A stretch of 64,000 nucleotides of DNA from an uncultured Candidatus Binatia bacterium. Lineage in GTDB: Bacteria; Desulfobacterota; Binatia; UBA9968; JAJDTQ01. The notes under the pieces were generated by a model that worked only from the letters and a program-made list of their open reading frames with translations, was not told the origin of the DNA and ran no database searches. The DNA is taken from contig OZ251459.1 of NCBI GenBank assembly GCA_965242525.1, positions 2,912,001-2,976,000 of the forward strand, written 5' to 3'. Both the position numbers and the translations under genes were made by a program. This document shows, piece after piece, positions 1-9,609 of this stretch (within the stretch, counting starts at the first letter, position 1; each line of letters opens with the position of its first letter).

Positions 1-975
1 TTCATAGGTGAGGATCAGGAGGGTCACCTCGGGCAACTCCCTGAGCCTCTGCTCCAGGGCCTCGACCTCCGGGTCGTCGGCCCGGCCCCTCAGCTCGACG
101 CCCCGGGACCGCAACTCGTCGAGGTACGCCTCCCACGCCACCCGGGTCTCGTCCGGGGTCACGTCCCATCCCGCGGTCTCCAGCCGCACCAGCCGCCGGG
201 GCTTCCTCGCCTCGGGCAGCGAAGGCTCGCCCCCGAGGCTCGGATGGCCCGGGTCGCCGCCCGCGGTGTGGGAGACGTAGTAGGCGGCGCTCCACATGTC
301 CGCCAGGCTGCCGGCGAGGATGCCCAGGTGGTTCAGGCTGGGCGCGGAAGGAAAACCGCCCAGGGTGTGGATGGCGCCGTAGGATGCCTTGAGTGCATAG
401 GTCCCGCAATAGGCGGCCGGCCGCAGCACCGAGCCGCGCACCTGGGTGCCGGTGGCCACCGGCGTCATGCCCGCGCCCACCGCGGCCGCGCTGCCGCTGG
501 AGGAGCCCCCGGGAGTGCGCGATACGTCCCAGGGGTTGCGGGTGGGTCCGGGCGCGGCGAAGGCGAACTCCGTGGTCACCGTCTTGCCCAGGATCAACGC
601 GCCGCCCTTGCGCAGCCAGTGGACCGCGGCCCCGTCCCAGCCGGACCGGTTGCCCTCCAGCACCCGGCTCCCCGCCTCCATGGGCATGTCCTCGGTGTCG
701 TGCACGTCCTTGACCGCCACCGGCATGCCGTCCACCGCCGACAGGGGCCGCCCGTCCCGGTATCGCGCGGTCGCCGCGTCCGCGGCCTTGCGGGCGTTGT
801 CCACGTTCAGCCGGACGAACGCCCGGACCTCCGGCTCGCGCTCCTCGATGGTCTCCAGGCAACGCTCCAGGTAGGCCCGGGGCGTGTCGCCGCCGTCGAG
901 GAAAGCGGGGACCGAGGCGGCGTAGCACAAGAGGTTCGCGGTCGCGGGATGGTAGGAAACTTTCCGTCCGGCCAT
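1..975 (-). CDS. Amidase signature family protein (runs off the window start)
   Basis: Not in the ORF track. Read by hand from ATG at 975: MAGRKVSYHP...GMPVAVKD...GKTVTTEFA...TRNPWD..RTPGGSSSGSAAAV...GTQVRGSVLRPAAYCG, which is the Lys/cisSer/Ser amidase signature. Confidence 0.9.
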   Translation of the reverse strand, partial: MAGRKVSYHPATANLLCYAASVPAFLDGGDTPRAYLERCLETIEEREPEVRAFVRLNVDNARKAADAATARYRDGRPLSAVDGMPVAVKDVHDTEDMPMEAGSRVLEGNRSGWDGAAVHWLRKGGALILGKTVTTEFAFAAPGPTRNPWDVSRTPGGSSSGSAAAVGAGMTPVATGTQVRGSVLRPAAYCGTYALKASYGAIHTLGGFPSAPSLNHLGILAGSLADMWSAAYYVSHTAGGDPGHPSLGGEPSLPEARKPRRLVRLETAGWDVTPDETRVAWEAYLDELRSRGVELRGRADDPEVEALEQRLRELPEVTLLILTYE

Positions 976-1040
976 GAGACTCCCTTCGGCGGCCCGGTCT
1001 GCTGCCGAGTGCCGAGCCGTTCTTCCGCGTGGTATTATAG

Positions 1041-2003
1041 ATGACAAAATGCCAAGTCGAAATGCAAGATGACCGGACACCCTCGAAACCTAGCCCGGCA
1101 ACGGTCTCCGGCGGTGCAGCCGTGAGCGCGGGAACCCGTGCGGAGCGCGCGCGGCCGCGGGCGCGGCTGGGGGCCCTGGCCGGGGCCGCGATGCTCGCCG
1201 CGGCCCTCGCCGGTCCCGCCTTGGGGGCGGAGCGACTGCTGGTGTTCGCCGCGGCCAGCCTGCAGGGGACCGTCGATGCGGTGGCGCAGCGGTTCGAGGA
1301 GCAGGGCGGGGCCGCGGCCGCGGTGTCGTTCGCGGCCAGCTCGACCCTCGCCCTCCAGATCGAACGCGGCGCCCCCGCGGACCTCCTGGTGTCGGCGAGC
1401 CCCGAGTGGACCGACCGGCTGGAGGCGGCGCGGCTGTTGCGGCCGGGGACCCGCGGCAACCTGCTGGGGAACCGGCTCGTGCTCGTGACCTCCGCGCTCC
1501 GCAACGCCACGGCGCCCATCCGCCGCCACTTTCGTCATTCTCCCGTCACTCGTCCTTCCCCTGCCATTCCCCATTCTCCCGTCATTCCCGCGAAAGCGGG
1601 AATCCATACCCTGGCGCAGCTACTGGGCGACGGACGGCTGGCCATGGGGGACCCCAACCATGTGCCCGCGGGCCGGTACGCCAAGGCCGCCCTGGAGCGC
1701 CTGGGGGTCTGGCGGACGGTGGCGGACCGCGTGGCCGGGGCCGCGGACGTGCGCCGGGCCCTGGCGCTGGTGGCCCGCGGCGAGGCGCCCTACGGCATCG
1801 TCTATGCCACCGACGCCCTGGCCGAGGACCGGGTGACGGTGGCGGGAGTCTTTCCCGAAGACTCCCATCCGCCCATCCACTATACGGTGGCGGTGCCCGC
1901 GGCCAGCGCCCATCCCCAGGCCGGGGCGTTCCTGGAGTTCCTGTGGACGCCCGCGGCCCGGGCCGTCTTCGAGGCCCGCGGCTTCGTGGCGCAGGAGCCA
2001 TAG
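1041..2003 (+). CDS. modA: Molybdate ABC transporter substrate-binding protein (true start probably downstream, 1122 or 1191); carries an in-frame repeat insertion
   Basis: VFAAASL, FAASSTLA.QIERGAPAD, P.HVPAGRYA and YATDA motifs; lies upstream of modB and modC. Confidence 0.93.
   Translation: MTKCQVEMQDDRTPSKPSPATVSGGAAVSAGTRAERARPRARLGALAGAAMLAAALAGPALGAERLLVFAAASLQGTVDAVAQRFEEQGGAAAAVSFAASSTLALQIERGAPADLLVSASPEWTDRLEAARLLRPGTRGNLLGNRLVLVTSALRNATAPIRRHFRHSPVTRPSPAIPHSPVIPAKAGIHTLAQLLGDGRLAMGDPNHVPAGRYAKAALERLGVWRTVADRVAGAADVRRALALVARGEAPYGIVYATDALAEDRVTVAGVFPEDSHPPIHYTVAVPAASAHPQAGAFLEFLWTPAARAVFEARGFVAQEP
1533..1606. repeat. GTCATTCCCGCGAAAGCGGGAATCCA palindromic repeat with degenerate tandem units, inside modA
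   Basis: The 1580-1606 hairpin is identical to the intergenic copies at ~45995-46021 and 46191-46217 (inverted). Confidence 0.9.
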
Positions 2004-2009
2004 ACCGTC

Positions 2010-2711
2010 ATGTGGCCCCTTACCCCGGCCGAGTCCGAAGCCCTGGGCCTGAGCGTCCGGGTGGCCGCCTGGAGCACGCTCCTGGGCCTTCCCCCGGCCG
2101 TCCTGGCCGCGTTCGCGCTGGCCCGCGGCCGTTTCTGGGGCAAGGAGGCGCTCAACGCCGTGCTGCACCTGCCGCTGGTGCTGCCGCCGGTGGTCACCGG
2201 CTACCTGCTGCTCCTGCTGCTCGGGCGCCGGGGCGCGGTGGGGGCGTGGCTGGAGCAGACCTTCGGGCTGGTCCTCGCCTTCCGCTGGACCGGGGCGGTG
2301 GTGGCCGCGGCCGTGGTCGCGTTCCCCCTGATGGTGAGGCCCATCCGGCTTTCCCTGGAAGCGGTGGACCGGCGCCTGGAGTCGGCCGCGGCCACCCTCG
2401 GGGCCAACCGGCTGTGGACCTGCCTCACGGTCACCCTGCCCCTGAGCCTTCCGGGCATCGTGGTGGGGGCCGTCCTCGGCTTCACCCGGAGCCTGGGAGA
2501 GTTCGGGGCCACCATCACCTTCGTCTCCAACATCCCCGGCGAGACCCGCACCCTGTCCCTGGCGGTCCACTCCGCGCTGCAGGCCCCCGACGGGGAGCCC
2601 GGGGCCATGCGCCTCACCCTCATCATCGTGGCCGCCACCGTTGCGGCGCTGGCGGCGTCGGAAGCGCTGGGCCGGGCCGCGGCGCGGAGGACCCGGGGCT
2701 ACCATGCTTGA
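2010..2711 (+). CDS. modB: Molybdate ABC transporter permease
   Basis: LPLVLPPVVTGY and RSLGEFGATITF.SNIPGET motifs. Confidence 0.95.
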   Translation: MWPLTPAESEALGLSVRVAAWSTLLGLPPAVLAAFALARGRFWGKEALNAVLHLPLVLPPVVTGYLLLLLLGRRGAVGAWLEQTFGLVLAFRWTGAVVAAAVVAFPLMVRPIRLSLEAVDRRLESAAATLGANRLWTCLTVTLPLSLPGIVVGAVLGFTRSLGEFGATITFVSNIPGETRTLSLAVHSALQAPDGEPGAMRLTLIIVAATVAALAASEALGRAAARRTRGYHA

Positions 2712-3819
2712 AGTCCAGGTGGAGCGGCGCCTCGGGGACTTCCGGGTGGAAGCCCGGTTCCGCAGCGACCGCGGCGTCACCGCCCTCTTCGGCCGCTCCG
2801 GCGCGGGCAAGACCTCCATCGTGAACATGGTGAGCGGACTGCTGCGGCCCGACCGGGGCCGCATCGAGGTGGACGGCCACGTGCTGTTCGACAGCGCCCG
2901 GGGCATCGACCTCCCGCCCTGGCGGCGCCGGATGGGCTACGTGTTCCAGGAAGGGCGGCTGTTCCCCCACATGACCGTGCGACGGAACCTGCTCTACGGT
3001 TGGCGGCATACCCCTGCCGCGGGGCGCTACCTCACGCTGGACCAGGTGGTGGAGCGGCTCGACCTGGGCGCGCTGTTGCAGCGCCAGCCGCCCTCCCTTT
3101 CCGGCGGCGAGAAACAGCGCGTGGCGGTGGGGCGCGCGCTCCTGAGCAACCCCCGGGCCCTGCTCATGGACGAACCCCTGGCCTCCCTGGACGTGCTCGC
3201 CAAGAGGGAGATACTGCCCTACGTGGAGCGCCTCGACGAGATGGGCATCCCCATCGTCTATGTGAGCCATTCCCTGGACGAAGTGTCGCGCCTGGCCCGC
3301 AACCTGGTGCTGGTCTCCGGGGGGCGGGTCACCGCGTCGGGAGGGGTCGAGCAGGTCCTCGGACGCCGGGAACTCTGGTCAACGGAAGACGAGGCCGAGA
3401 CCGGCACCATGCTGGCCGCGCGGGTCTCCGGCCACGACGCCTCGGGCCAGCTCACGCACCTGGACTTCCGCGGCGGCCGGTTGCGGGTCCCCCTGGCGGA
3501 CATACCCGTGGGCGCGGCCGTGCGGGTATGGATCCGGGCCCGGGACGTGAGCGTGGCCACGGCGCCGCCCCGGGGCCTGAGCCTGCGCAACGTGCTCAAG
3601 GGGACCCTGCTGGAGGTGGCGCGGGACGAAGACCGCGGCCCCCTGGCGGAACTCCGGCTGCGCATCGGCGATACGCCGCTGACCGCGCTGGTGACCCGGC
3701 ACGCGGTGAGCGAACTCGCCCTGGCCCCGGGACAGGAAGTCTATGCGCTCATCAAGAGCGCCAACCTCGACCGGCGCCAACTGAGCCTGGCCGCGGCCAT
3801 GACCCGCGGGGAGCCGTAG
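2704..3819 (+). CDS. modC: Molybdate ABC transporter ATP-binding protein with TOBE domain
   Basis: GRSGAGKT, LSGGEKQRVA, MDEP; C-terminal TOBE-like S.RN.L...IKS; ATG overlaps the end of modB. Confidence 0.95.
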   Translation: MLEVQVERRLGDFRVEARFRSDRGVTALFGRSGAGKTSIVNMVSGLLRPDRGRIEVDGHVLFDSARGIDLPPWRRRMGYVFQEGRLFPHMTVRRNLLYGWRHTPAAGRYLTLDQVVERLDLGALLQRQPPSLSGGEKQRVAVGRALLSNPRALLMDEPLASLDVLAKREILPYVERLDEMGIPIVYVSHSLDEVSRLARNLVLVSGGRVTASGGVEQVLGRRELWSTEDEAETGTMLAARVSGHDASGQLTHLDFRGGRLRVPLADIPVGAAVRVWIRARDVSVATAPPRGLSLRNVLKGTLLEVARDEDRGPLAELRLRIGDTPLTALVTRHAVSELALAPGQEVYALIKSANLDRRQLSLAAAMTRGEP

Positions 3820-3829
3820 GCGGACCGCC

Positions 3830-5056
3830 ATGCCCTCCGCAAGATCGTCCGGCACCTTCGCGTCCCTGCGCCACCGGGACTTCCGGTACCTGTGGGGCGG
3901 CACCTGCTTCATCAGCGGCGGCCTGTGGATCCAGCAGGTCACGCTGGGGTGGGCGGTCTATGAGATGACGCGCTCGTCGGTGCTCCTGGGCGCGGTCAAC
4001 GGCCTGCGGACCATACCCTTCCTCCTCTTCAGCCCGCTGGCGGGGGTGGCCGCGGACCGCACCGACCGGCGCCGGCTCATGCTCGGCACCCAGTGGATGA
4101 TCCTGCTCACCGCGGCGGGCATGGGAGCCGTCGTGAGCCTGGACCTGCTGGAGGTCTGGCACCTGTTCGCCTTCACGCTGGTCACCGGGACGGTGTGGTC
4201 CTTCAGCGAGCCGGTGCGCCAGGCGCTGGTGCCCGACGTGGCGCCCCGGGAAGACCTGATGAACGCGGTGGCGCTCAACTCCGCGGCCTTCAACTTCACC
4301 AAGATCATCGGCCCCAGCGTGGGAGGCGTGCTCATCGCCTGGTTCGGGCTGGCGGGGAACTTCTACGTCCAGAGCGGCGCCTACCTCTTCGTCCTGTGGA
4401 TGATCTACCGGATGCGCGTCCCTCCGGCGGCCAGGGAGACCACCCGTTCCTCGGTGCTCCAGAACCTGCGGGAGGGGTTCCGGTACGTGTGGTCGGACCC
4501 CGTGGCCTTCGCCATCATGACTGCGGCCCTGGTGCCGCGCATCTTCGCGATGCCCTACCAGACCCTGATGCCGATCTTCCAGAAGGACGTGCTGGGGGTC
4601 GGACCGGAAGGCCTCGGGTTGATGATGGCGGCGCCGGGACTGGGCGCGTTGCTGGCCATACTCGGCGTCGCCCGCTTCGCCCACCGAGTCGGCCGGCCCG
4701 GCCAACTGCTGGTTGCGGCCCTGCTGTTCCAGGGGGTGGCCCTCATCCTGTTCGCCCAGATGCGCACCCTGCCGCTGTCGCTGCTGTCGCTGGTGTGCGT
4801 GGGAGGGTGCCAGATCCTGTTCATGACCACCACCAACTCCGTGCTGCACATGACGGTGCCGGCCGACCTCCGCGGCAGGGTCATGAGCATCTACATGCTG
4901 GACCGGGGCATGACCCCGGCCGGAGCGTTCCTGGCCGGCGTCAGCGCCCACTTCATCGGCGCCCCCCACACCGTGCTGGGCATGGGCGTCATCGTGCTCG
5001 TGCTCGCGGGGGTGGTGGTCCTGTGCTTCCCGAACCTGCGCAAGGTGGCCACGTGA
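3830..5056 (+). CDS. MFS transporter (EntS/MFS_3-like)
   Basis: About 12 hydrophobic segments, GVAADRTDRRR motif A, RGRVMS. Confidence 0.9.
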   Translation: MPSARSSGTFASLRHRDFRYLWGGTCFISGGLWIQQVTLGWAVYEMTRSSVLLGAVNGLRTIPFLLFSPLAGVAADRTDRRRLMLGTQWMILLTAAGMGAVVSLDLLEVWHLFAFTLVTGTVWSFSEPVRQALVPDVAPREDLMNAVALNSAAFNFTKIIGPSVGGVLIAWFGLAGNFYVQSGAYLFVLWMIYRMRVPPAARETTRSSVLQNLREGFRYVWSDPVAFAIMTAALVPRIFAMPYQTLMPIFQKDVLGVGPEGLGLMMAAPGLGALLAILGVARFAHRVGRPGQLLVAALLFQGVALILFAQMRTLPLSLLSLVCVGGCQILFMTTTNSVLHMTVPADLRGRVMSIYMLDRGMTPAGAFLAGVSAHFIGAPHTVLGMGVIVLVLAGVVVLCFPNLRKVAT

Positions 5057-5150
5057 GCGGGCCGCGGAGCGCACCGGCTCGGCGACGGCAGGGACCCGTC
5101 CGCGGATCCGTCCGCCGCCGATTGCGCGAATCATCCGTCGTTGTATGTTA

Positions 5151-5285
5151 GGGAAACCCTGAACAATCGGGACAGGGGACATGAGCGCGTCCTTCGACTC
5201 CGCTTCGCTACGCTCAGGACGAACGGAGATAGGGGGTCAGGGCGAGGGAATACATGCTCCATGTCTCGATTGTTTAGATGTTCCG
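5151..5285. mobile_element. MITE-like element (~135 bp) with a REP-like core
   Basis: Ends GGGAAACCCTGAACAATCG...CGATTGTTTAGATGTTCC; core CGCGTCCTTCGACTCCGCTTCGCTACGCTCAGGACGAACGG. Confidence 0.75.
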
Positions 5286-5341
5286 TCAGGGAAACCCTGA
5301 ACAACGATCCACGTTGGTCCTGAGCGTAACGAACGGCGCAT

Positions 5342-5537
5342 GATGGCAAATCCCAGGGAGGGTCAGGGCTGAGCAACAAGCAGGGTCGGGCCGAGCAAGA
5401 CGGCAAATCCAGGGAGAGTCAGGGCTGAGCAACGAGCAAGGCCAGGGCCGAGCAAGACGGCAAATCCCAGGGAGGATCAGGGCTAAGCAACGAGCAGGAT
5501 CAGGGCCGAACAACGAGCAGGATCAGGGCTGAGCAAC
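5342..5537. repeat. Tandem repeat, ~3.4 x 57-58 bp, with an internal GGRTCAGGGCYGAGCAA subunit
   Basis: Units start at about 5342, 5399 and 5456 (GAYGGCAAATCCCAGGGAGG.TCAGGGCTGAGCAAC...). Confidence 0.9.
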
Positions 5538-5540
5538 TAT

Positions 5541-5584
5541 CCCCGTTCGTCCTGAGCGTAGCGAAGCGAAGTCGAAGGACGCGC
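5541..5584. repeat. REP-like core repeat
   Basis: CCCCGTTCGTCCTGAGCGTAGCGAAGCGAAGTCGAAGGACGCGC, inverted relative to the copy at 5186. Confidence 0.9.
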
Positions 5585-5614
5585 TTTCGACACGAGAACA
5601 CGTCGGGAGGCACC

Positions 5615-6964
5615 GTGCCCAACAGCAACCGAGGGAACGGCACATGGGTCGATCTGGACCGGGGCGTGGTCAGCCGGGAGATCTTCGTCAACCCGGACAT
5701 CTACCAGGAGGAACTGGAGCGGATCTTCGCGCGCACGTGGCTCTTCGTCGGACATGAGAGCCAGATCCCGCAACCGGGCGATTTCTTCCTCTCCAGGATG
5801 GGCGAGGAGTCGGTCATCGTCACGCGGGACCCGCGGGGCCAGGTCCACGTCCTGCTGAACACCTGCCGGCATCGGGGCATGAAGGTGTGCCGCTACGACC
5901 AGGGCAACACGTCCGTGTTCACCTGTCCCTACCACGGATGGAGCTACTCCACGGACGGCGGCCTAGTAAAGGTCCCCGGCGACCTCTACGGCGTGCCCCA
6001 GTACCGGACGGGCTACCGCGAACGGCTGGACAAGTCGGAGTGGGGCTTGGTCCACGCGGCGCAGACCGCGGCGTACAAGGGCGCCGTCTGGGCTACGTGG
6101 GACGAGTCCGCGCCCCCCTTCACCGACTACCTGGGGGGCATGCGCGTGTACCTGGACGCGCTGCTGGACGCCCGGGACGGGAGCGAGGGGGGAAGCGAGG
6201 TGCTGGGCGGGGTGGTCAAGTGGCGGATGCCGTGCAACTGGAAGTTCGCCGCGGAGAACTTCGCCTGGGACACGTACCACAGCCCCACCACCCACAAGTC
6301 CGCGGAGATCGCCGGGCTGGGGCCGGGCGGGGAAGGACAGGAGCGCCACGGCTCCGTCCACCGCAACCAGGCCAAGCGGTTCACCGGCGGCCTCATGGCC
6401 TTCCCCGGACTCGGCCACGCCACCATCACGGGTCCCCCGGAGACGGGCGCCGAGGCGTGGTTCCCCGAATTCCCCAACGACCCGGCGGTGGCGCAGTACT
6501 TCGAGGAGGTCCGGGAGAAACGGAGGCAGCGCCTGGAGGGGAAGGTCACCGTGACCCCCGGGAACGGCAACGTGTTCCCGAACACCGCGTTCCACCCCTG
6601 GTTCCCCCGGACCATGGTGGTGTGGCACCCGGTGGGGCCGAGCCGGACCGAAGCGTGGCGCTGGTTCCTGGTGGACCGGGACGCGCCCTGGGAGGTGAAG
6701 GACCTGCTGCGCCACTACTACATGCGGTTCTCGGGTCCCAGCGGCATGGTGGAGTCGGACGACATGGACAACTGGGTCTATGCCACGGAGGCCAGCCGGG
6801 GCGTCATCGCGCGCCGCTACCCCTACAACTACGGCATGGGCCTGGGCTTCGCGCGCCCGGTGGACGGCCTCCCCGACGCCGTGACCGTGGACGCGCCCTT
6901 TTCCGAAGAGGGAGCCCGGGCCTTCTACAAACGCTGGGCGGAGCTCATGGATGGCAAGGCGTAG
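5615..6964 (+). CDS. Rieske aromatic ring-hydroxylating dioxygenase alpha subunit (HcaE/BphA-like)
   Basis: CRHRG...CPYHGW Rieske motif; NWKFAAENF.WD.YH....H and DDMDNW mononuclear Fe site. Confidence 0.95.
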   Translation: MPNSNRGNGTWVDLDRGVVSREIFVNPDIYQEELERIFARTWLFVGHESQIPQPGDFFLSRMGEESVIVTRDPRGQVHVLLNTCRHRGMKVCRYDQGNTSVFTCPYHGWSYSTDGGLVKVPGDLYGVPQYRTGYRERLDKSEWGLVHAAQTAAYKGAVWATWDESAPPFTDYLGGMRVYLDALLDARDGSEGGSEVLGGVVKWRMPCNWKFAAENFAWDTYHSPTTHKSAEIAGLGPGGEGQERHGSVHRNQAKRFTGGLMAFPGLGHATITGPPETGAEAWFPEFPNDPAVAQYFEEVREKRRQRLEGKVTVTPGNGNVFPNTAFHPWFPRTMVVWHPVGPSRTEAWRWFLVDRDAPWEVKDLLRHYYMRFSGPSGMVESDDMDNWVYATEASRGVIARRYPYNYGMGLGFARPVDGLPDAVTVDAPFSEEGARAFYKRWAELMDGKA

Positions 6965-7562
6965 AACGACACCGGCAAGGACGCTTCCCGGGCCTCACGA
7001 AGCCCCTGCGTCGAACGCGGGCGGCGACGAAGGAAAGCTGCGCCGCATGCTGCTCACCCACGAGGTCCACGAGTTCCTCTGCAACGAGGCCGACCTCCTG
7101 GACGAGCGCCGCTACGAGGAGTGGCTGGACCTGCTGACCGACGACGTCTCCTACTGGGTCCCCATCCGCAGGAACGTGCAGTTCGGCCACTGGGACACGG
7201 AGAACACCCGGCAAGGCCTGGACATGAACTGGTTCGACGAGGGCAAGGCCACACTGAGGCTCCGCGTCAAGCAACTCATGTCGGGAGTGCACTGGGTGGA
7301 GGAGCCGACCCCCCGGGTCTCCCGTCTGGTCTCCAACGTCCACGACGTCCGGGCCGTCCCGACCCCGGAGGACCCCGAAGAGGTCAGCGTCAAGTACCGC
7401 ATCCTGATCTACCGGAACAAGCTCGACGACAGCACCGACGTCTTCGCCGGCAAACGCCACGACGTGCTGCGCAAGGTCAACGGCCAGTGGAAGATCGCCA
7501 GGCGCACCATGCTCCTGGACCAGAGCGTCCTGCTGGCCGCCACCATGCCGGTGGTGCTGTGA
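6951..7562 (+). CDS. Ring-hydroxylating dioxygenase beta subunit (start uncertain)
   Basis: EADLLDERRYEEWL, YWVP, R.VSNV, R.D.LR...WKIARR...LDQ. Confidence 0.92.
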   Translation: MARRRTTPARTLPGPHEAPASNAGGDEGKLRRMLLTHEVHEFLCNEADLLDERRYEEWLDLLTDDVSYWVPIRRNVQFGHWDTENTRQGLDMNWFDEGKATLRLRVKQLMSGVHWVEEPTPRVSRLVSNVHDVRAVPTPEDPEEVSVKYRILIYRNKLDDSTDVFAGKRHDVLRKVNGQWKIARRTMLLDQSVLLAATMPVVL

Positions 7563-7574
7563 GGGGAGCGGTAG

Positions 7575-8648
7575 ATGGCGGCAAGTCCAGCCGTCCCGAC
7601 GAAGGAAAGGTCGTTGTGGCGCATTTTCGATCGGACTCCGTTCGAAGATCTCATCGCAGTCGAGCGAACAAGCGGCGACCGCGTGCTCCAGTTGATCGAC
7701 TACCCTGCGTATTTCGAGTTGCTCGGGCGTCCACTCCCTGCGAACCGCAGCAGGATCCTGGAAGCGTTGGCCAGCGAGAAGTTGATCTGCCGGTGCGACG
7801 CAGGTGATTGGAATATAACGAACCTCGGAGCGATACTGTTTGCAAAGAAGCTGGGGGATATGCCCGGCCTGCGCCGCAAGGCCATGCGAGTCATCCAGTA
7901 TCGCGGACACGACCGCACCCGAACCCTGAGGGAGCAAGTCGGGGACAAGGGTTACGCACCCGGTTTCGAAGGCTTGATCCGCTTCATCAACGCCCTGCTG
8001 CCCTCCAACGAAGTCATCGAGGAAGCCCTCAGGAAGACGGTGCCGGAGTTCCCCGAACTTGTAGTGCGGGAACTTCTGGCAAACGCCCTGGTCCACCAGG
8101 ACTTCACGGTCACCGGCGCAGGTCCAATGGTGGAGATCTTCGAGGACCGCATCGAGGTCACCAACCCCGGCGCGCCGCTGGTGGATGCGCGACGCTTCGT
8201 GGACACGCCGCCACACTCTCGCAACGAGACCCTGGCATCCTTCATGCGCCGAATCGGTATCTGCGAGGAACGCGGCAGCGGATGGGACAAGATCGTTTCC
8301 GTGAGTGAGTTCTATCAGCTACCGGCCCCGCTCGTGGAAGTACCCAACGACCACACTCGTGTGGTGCTGTTTGCGCCTCGTCCGCTGTCGAAGATGGACA
8401 GGGCCGATCGTGTGCGGGCCGTCTATCTCCACGCTTGCCTGCGGTACGTAAACCGGGAATACGTCACCAATACGTCTGTGCGCGGCCGTTTTGGCCTTGA
8501 AGGAAAGAACACCGCGAAGGCTTCACGACTGATTGCAGAGTCCCTCGAGGAAGGTGCGATTTTGTCCGACGACCCGACAGCCCCCCGCAGGCTGATGCGG
8601 TACGTGCCGTGGTGGGCAAAGAACGAGGATCCGACACCCCTCCGATGA
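7575..8648 (+). CDS. RecG-C/HATPase_c_4-type ATP-binding protein, apparently lacking the N-terminal AlbA_2 (Schlafen) domain
   Basis: RELLANALVHQDF, IEVTNPG, SRNE.LA..MRRIGICEERGSGWD; C-terminal wHTH-like region and Y.PWWA. Confidence 0.75.
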   Translation: MAASPAVPTKERSLWRIFDRTPFEDLIAVERTSGDRVLQLIDYPAYFELLGRPLPANRSRILEALASEKLICRCDAGDWNITNLGAILFAKKLGDMPGLRRKAMRVIQYRGHDRTRTLREQVGDKGYAPGFEGLIRFINALLPSNEVIEEALRKTVPEFPELVVRELLANALVHQDFTVTGAGPMVEIFEDRIEVTNPGAPLVDARRFVDTPPHSRNETLASFMRRIGICEERGSGWDKIVSVSEFYQLPAPLVEVPNDHTRVVLFAPRPLSKMDRADRVRAVYLHACLRYVNREYVTNTSVRGRFGLEGKNTAKASRLIAESLEEGAILSDDPTAPRRLMRYVPWWAKNEDPTPLR

Positions 8649-8826
8649 AAAACCTGCATCCCGTCCGGGAGAAGTCAAAACGAGATCTTCCTGCTTTCGT
8701 GTGGGCGGGGTCCCACGGTGGGGGTGCAGCGGGGTTGAGGGGATGGGTCCTCTCCACGAACCGCCCCAACCGTGTCAGCCATCCGTCCGTCGGTGCACTG
8801 TGAAGATGCTGACAGCTTCGGTTTCG

Positions 8827-9609
8827 TCAGGCTGCGATCCGCCGCAAGAGCTTGCGGTTGAAGTCCTCGTGAGACGCCAGCGACGAGATCATGTCGCCAG
8901 CCACGTCCGAGAGCCGGGCGAGATCCATCCGGGGAATCTGGGCTTGGTCTTCGAATACCAGGATCGACTCGAAGGCCAACCCATGCCGGTGAAAATAGGA
9001 CAACATGATCGTCGTCAACCTTGCCTTGTCACGGTTGGGCACACCGTACAGGAACAACGGAACGTCGCCCTTGCCTTCGATCCGGTAGTCCACCGGATAG
9101 GCCTGGGAGTTCGGCACGTCCGGTTGGTAATCGTGCTCGACCTTCTCTTCATCCACTAGGCGGGAAAGGAGATCGGCAAGATCGTCGTAGAACGTGGAAC
9201 CGACGTTCGAACGGGACAGGAATGTCAGGCCGTAGATCCTCGTGAGCGCCTGTCCGAACTGGAAAATGGCCTCGGGCAACCGGTTGGGGGAAGTGTCGAA
9301 GCAGAAAGCGCCGCCGTCCCATCCCAGTCCGCTCTCGCCCATGATACGTTCGAGGAGCATTCCCCGGGTTCCGTCCATGAAAGAGTCGATGTCGTGCTCG
9401 TAACTGATGTGCATGAGCGTATGGCCGCGATCCGACAGCCTCAGCCCGCCTGACGCGGCTTCGGAAAGATGGATCGGGTAACCGTCCCCGTCGGGAAACT
9501 GAAAATGCGTGCGAAGCATCAGGGCGCCGTCCGGACGCTCCTCGACCTGCACGTCTTCGCACAGGCGCTCGCACAAGAGGTTTCGGAGGGTATCCGGGTT
9601 GATGGTCAC
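8827..9609 (-). CDS. DUF1828/DUF1829-family protein
   Basis: T.F.FPDGD...LSDRGHTL N-terminal motif; C-terminal Y.VDY.I nuclease-like region. Confidence 0.75.
   Translation of the reverse strand: MTINPDTLRNLLCERLCEDVQVEERPDGALMLRTHFQFPDGDGYPIHLSEAASGGLRLSDRGHTLMHISYEHDIDSFMDGTRGMLLERIMGESGLGWDGGAFCFDTSPNRLPEAIFQFGQALTRIYGLTFLSRSNVGSTFYDDLADLLSRLVDEEKVEHDYQPDVPNSQAYPVDYRIEGKGDVPLFLYGVPNRDKARLTTIMLSYFHRHGLAFESILVFEDQAQIPRMDLARLSDVAGDMISSLASHEDFNRKLLRRIAA

Noticed and set aside
1025-1060. ModE box upstream of modA
   Set aside because: AT-rich, but lacks a convincing TATAT-N7-TAYAT dyad.
5342-5537. Possible CRISPR array
   Set aside because: Units are contiguous degenerate tandem copies without unique spacers, and there are no cas genes.
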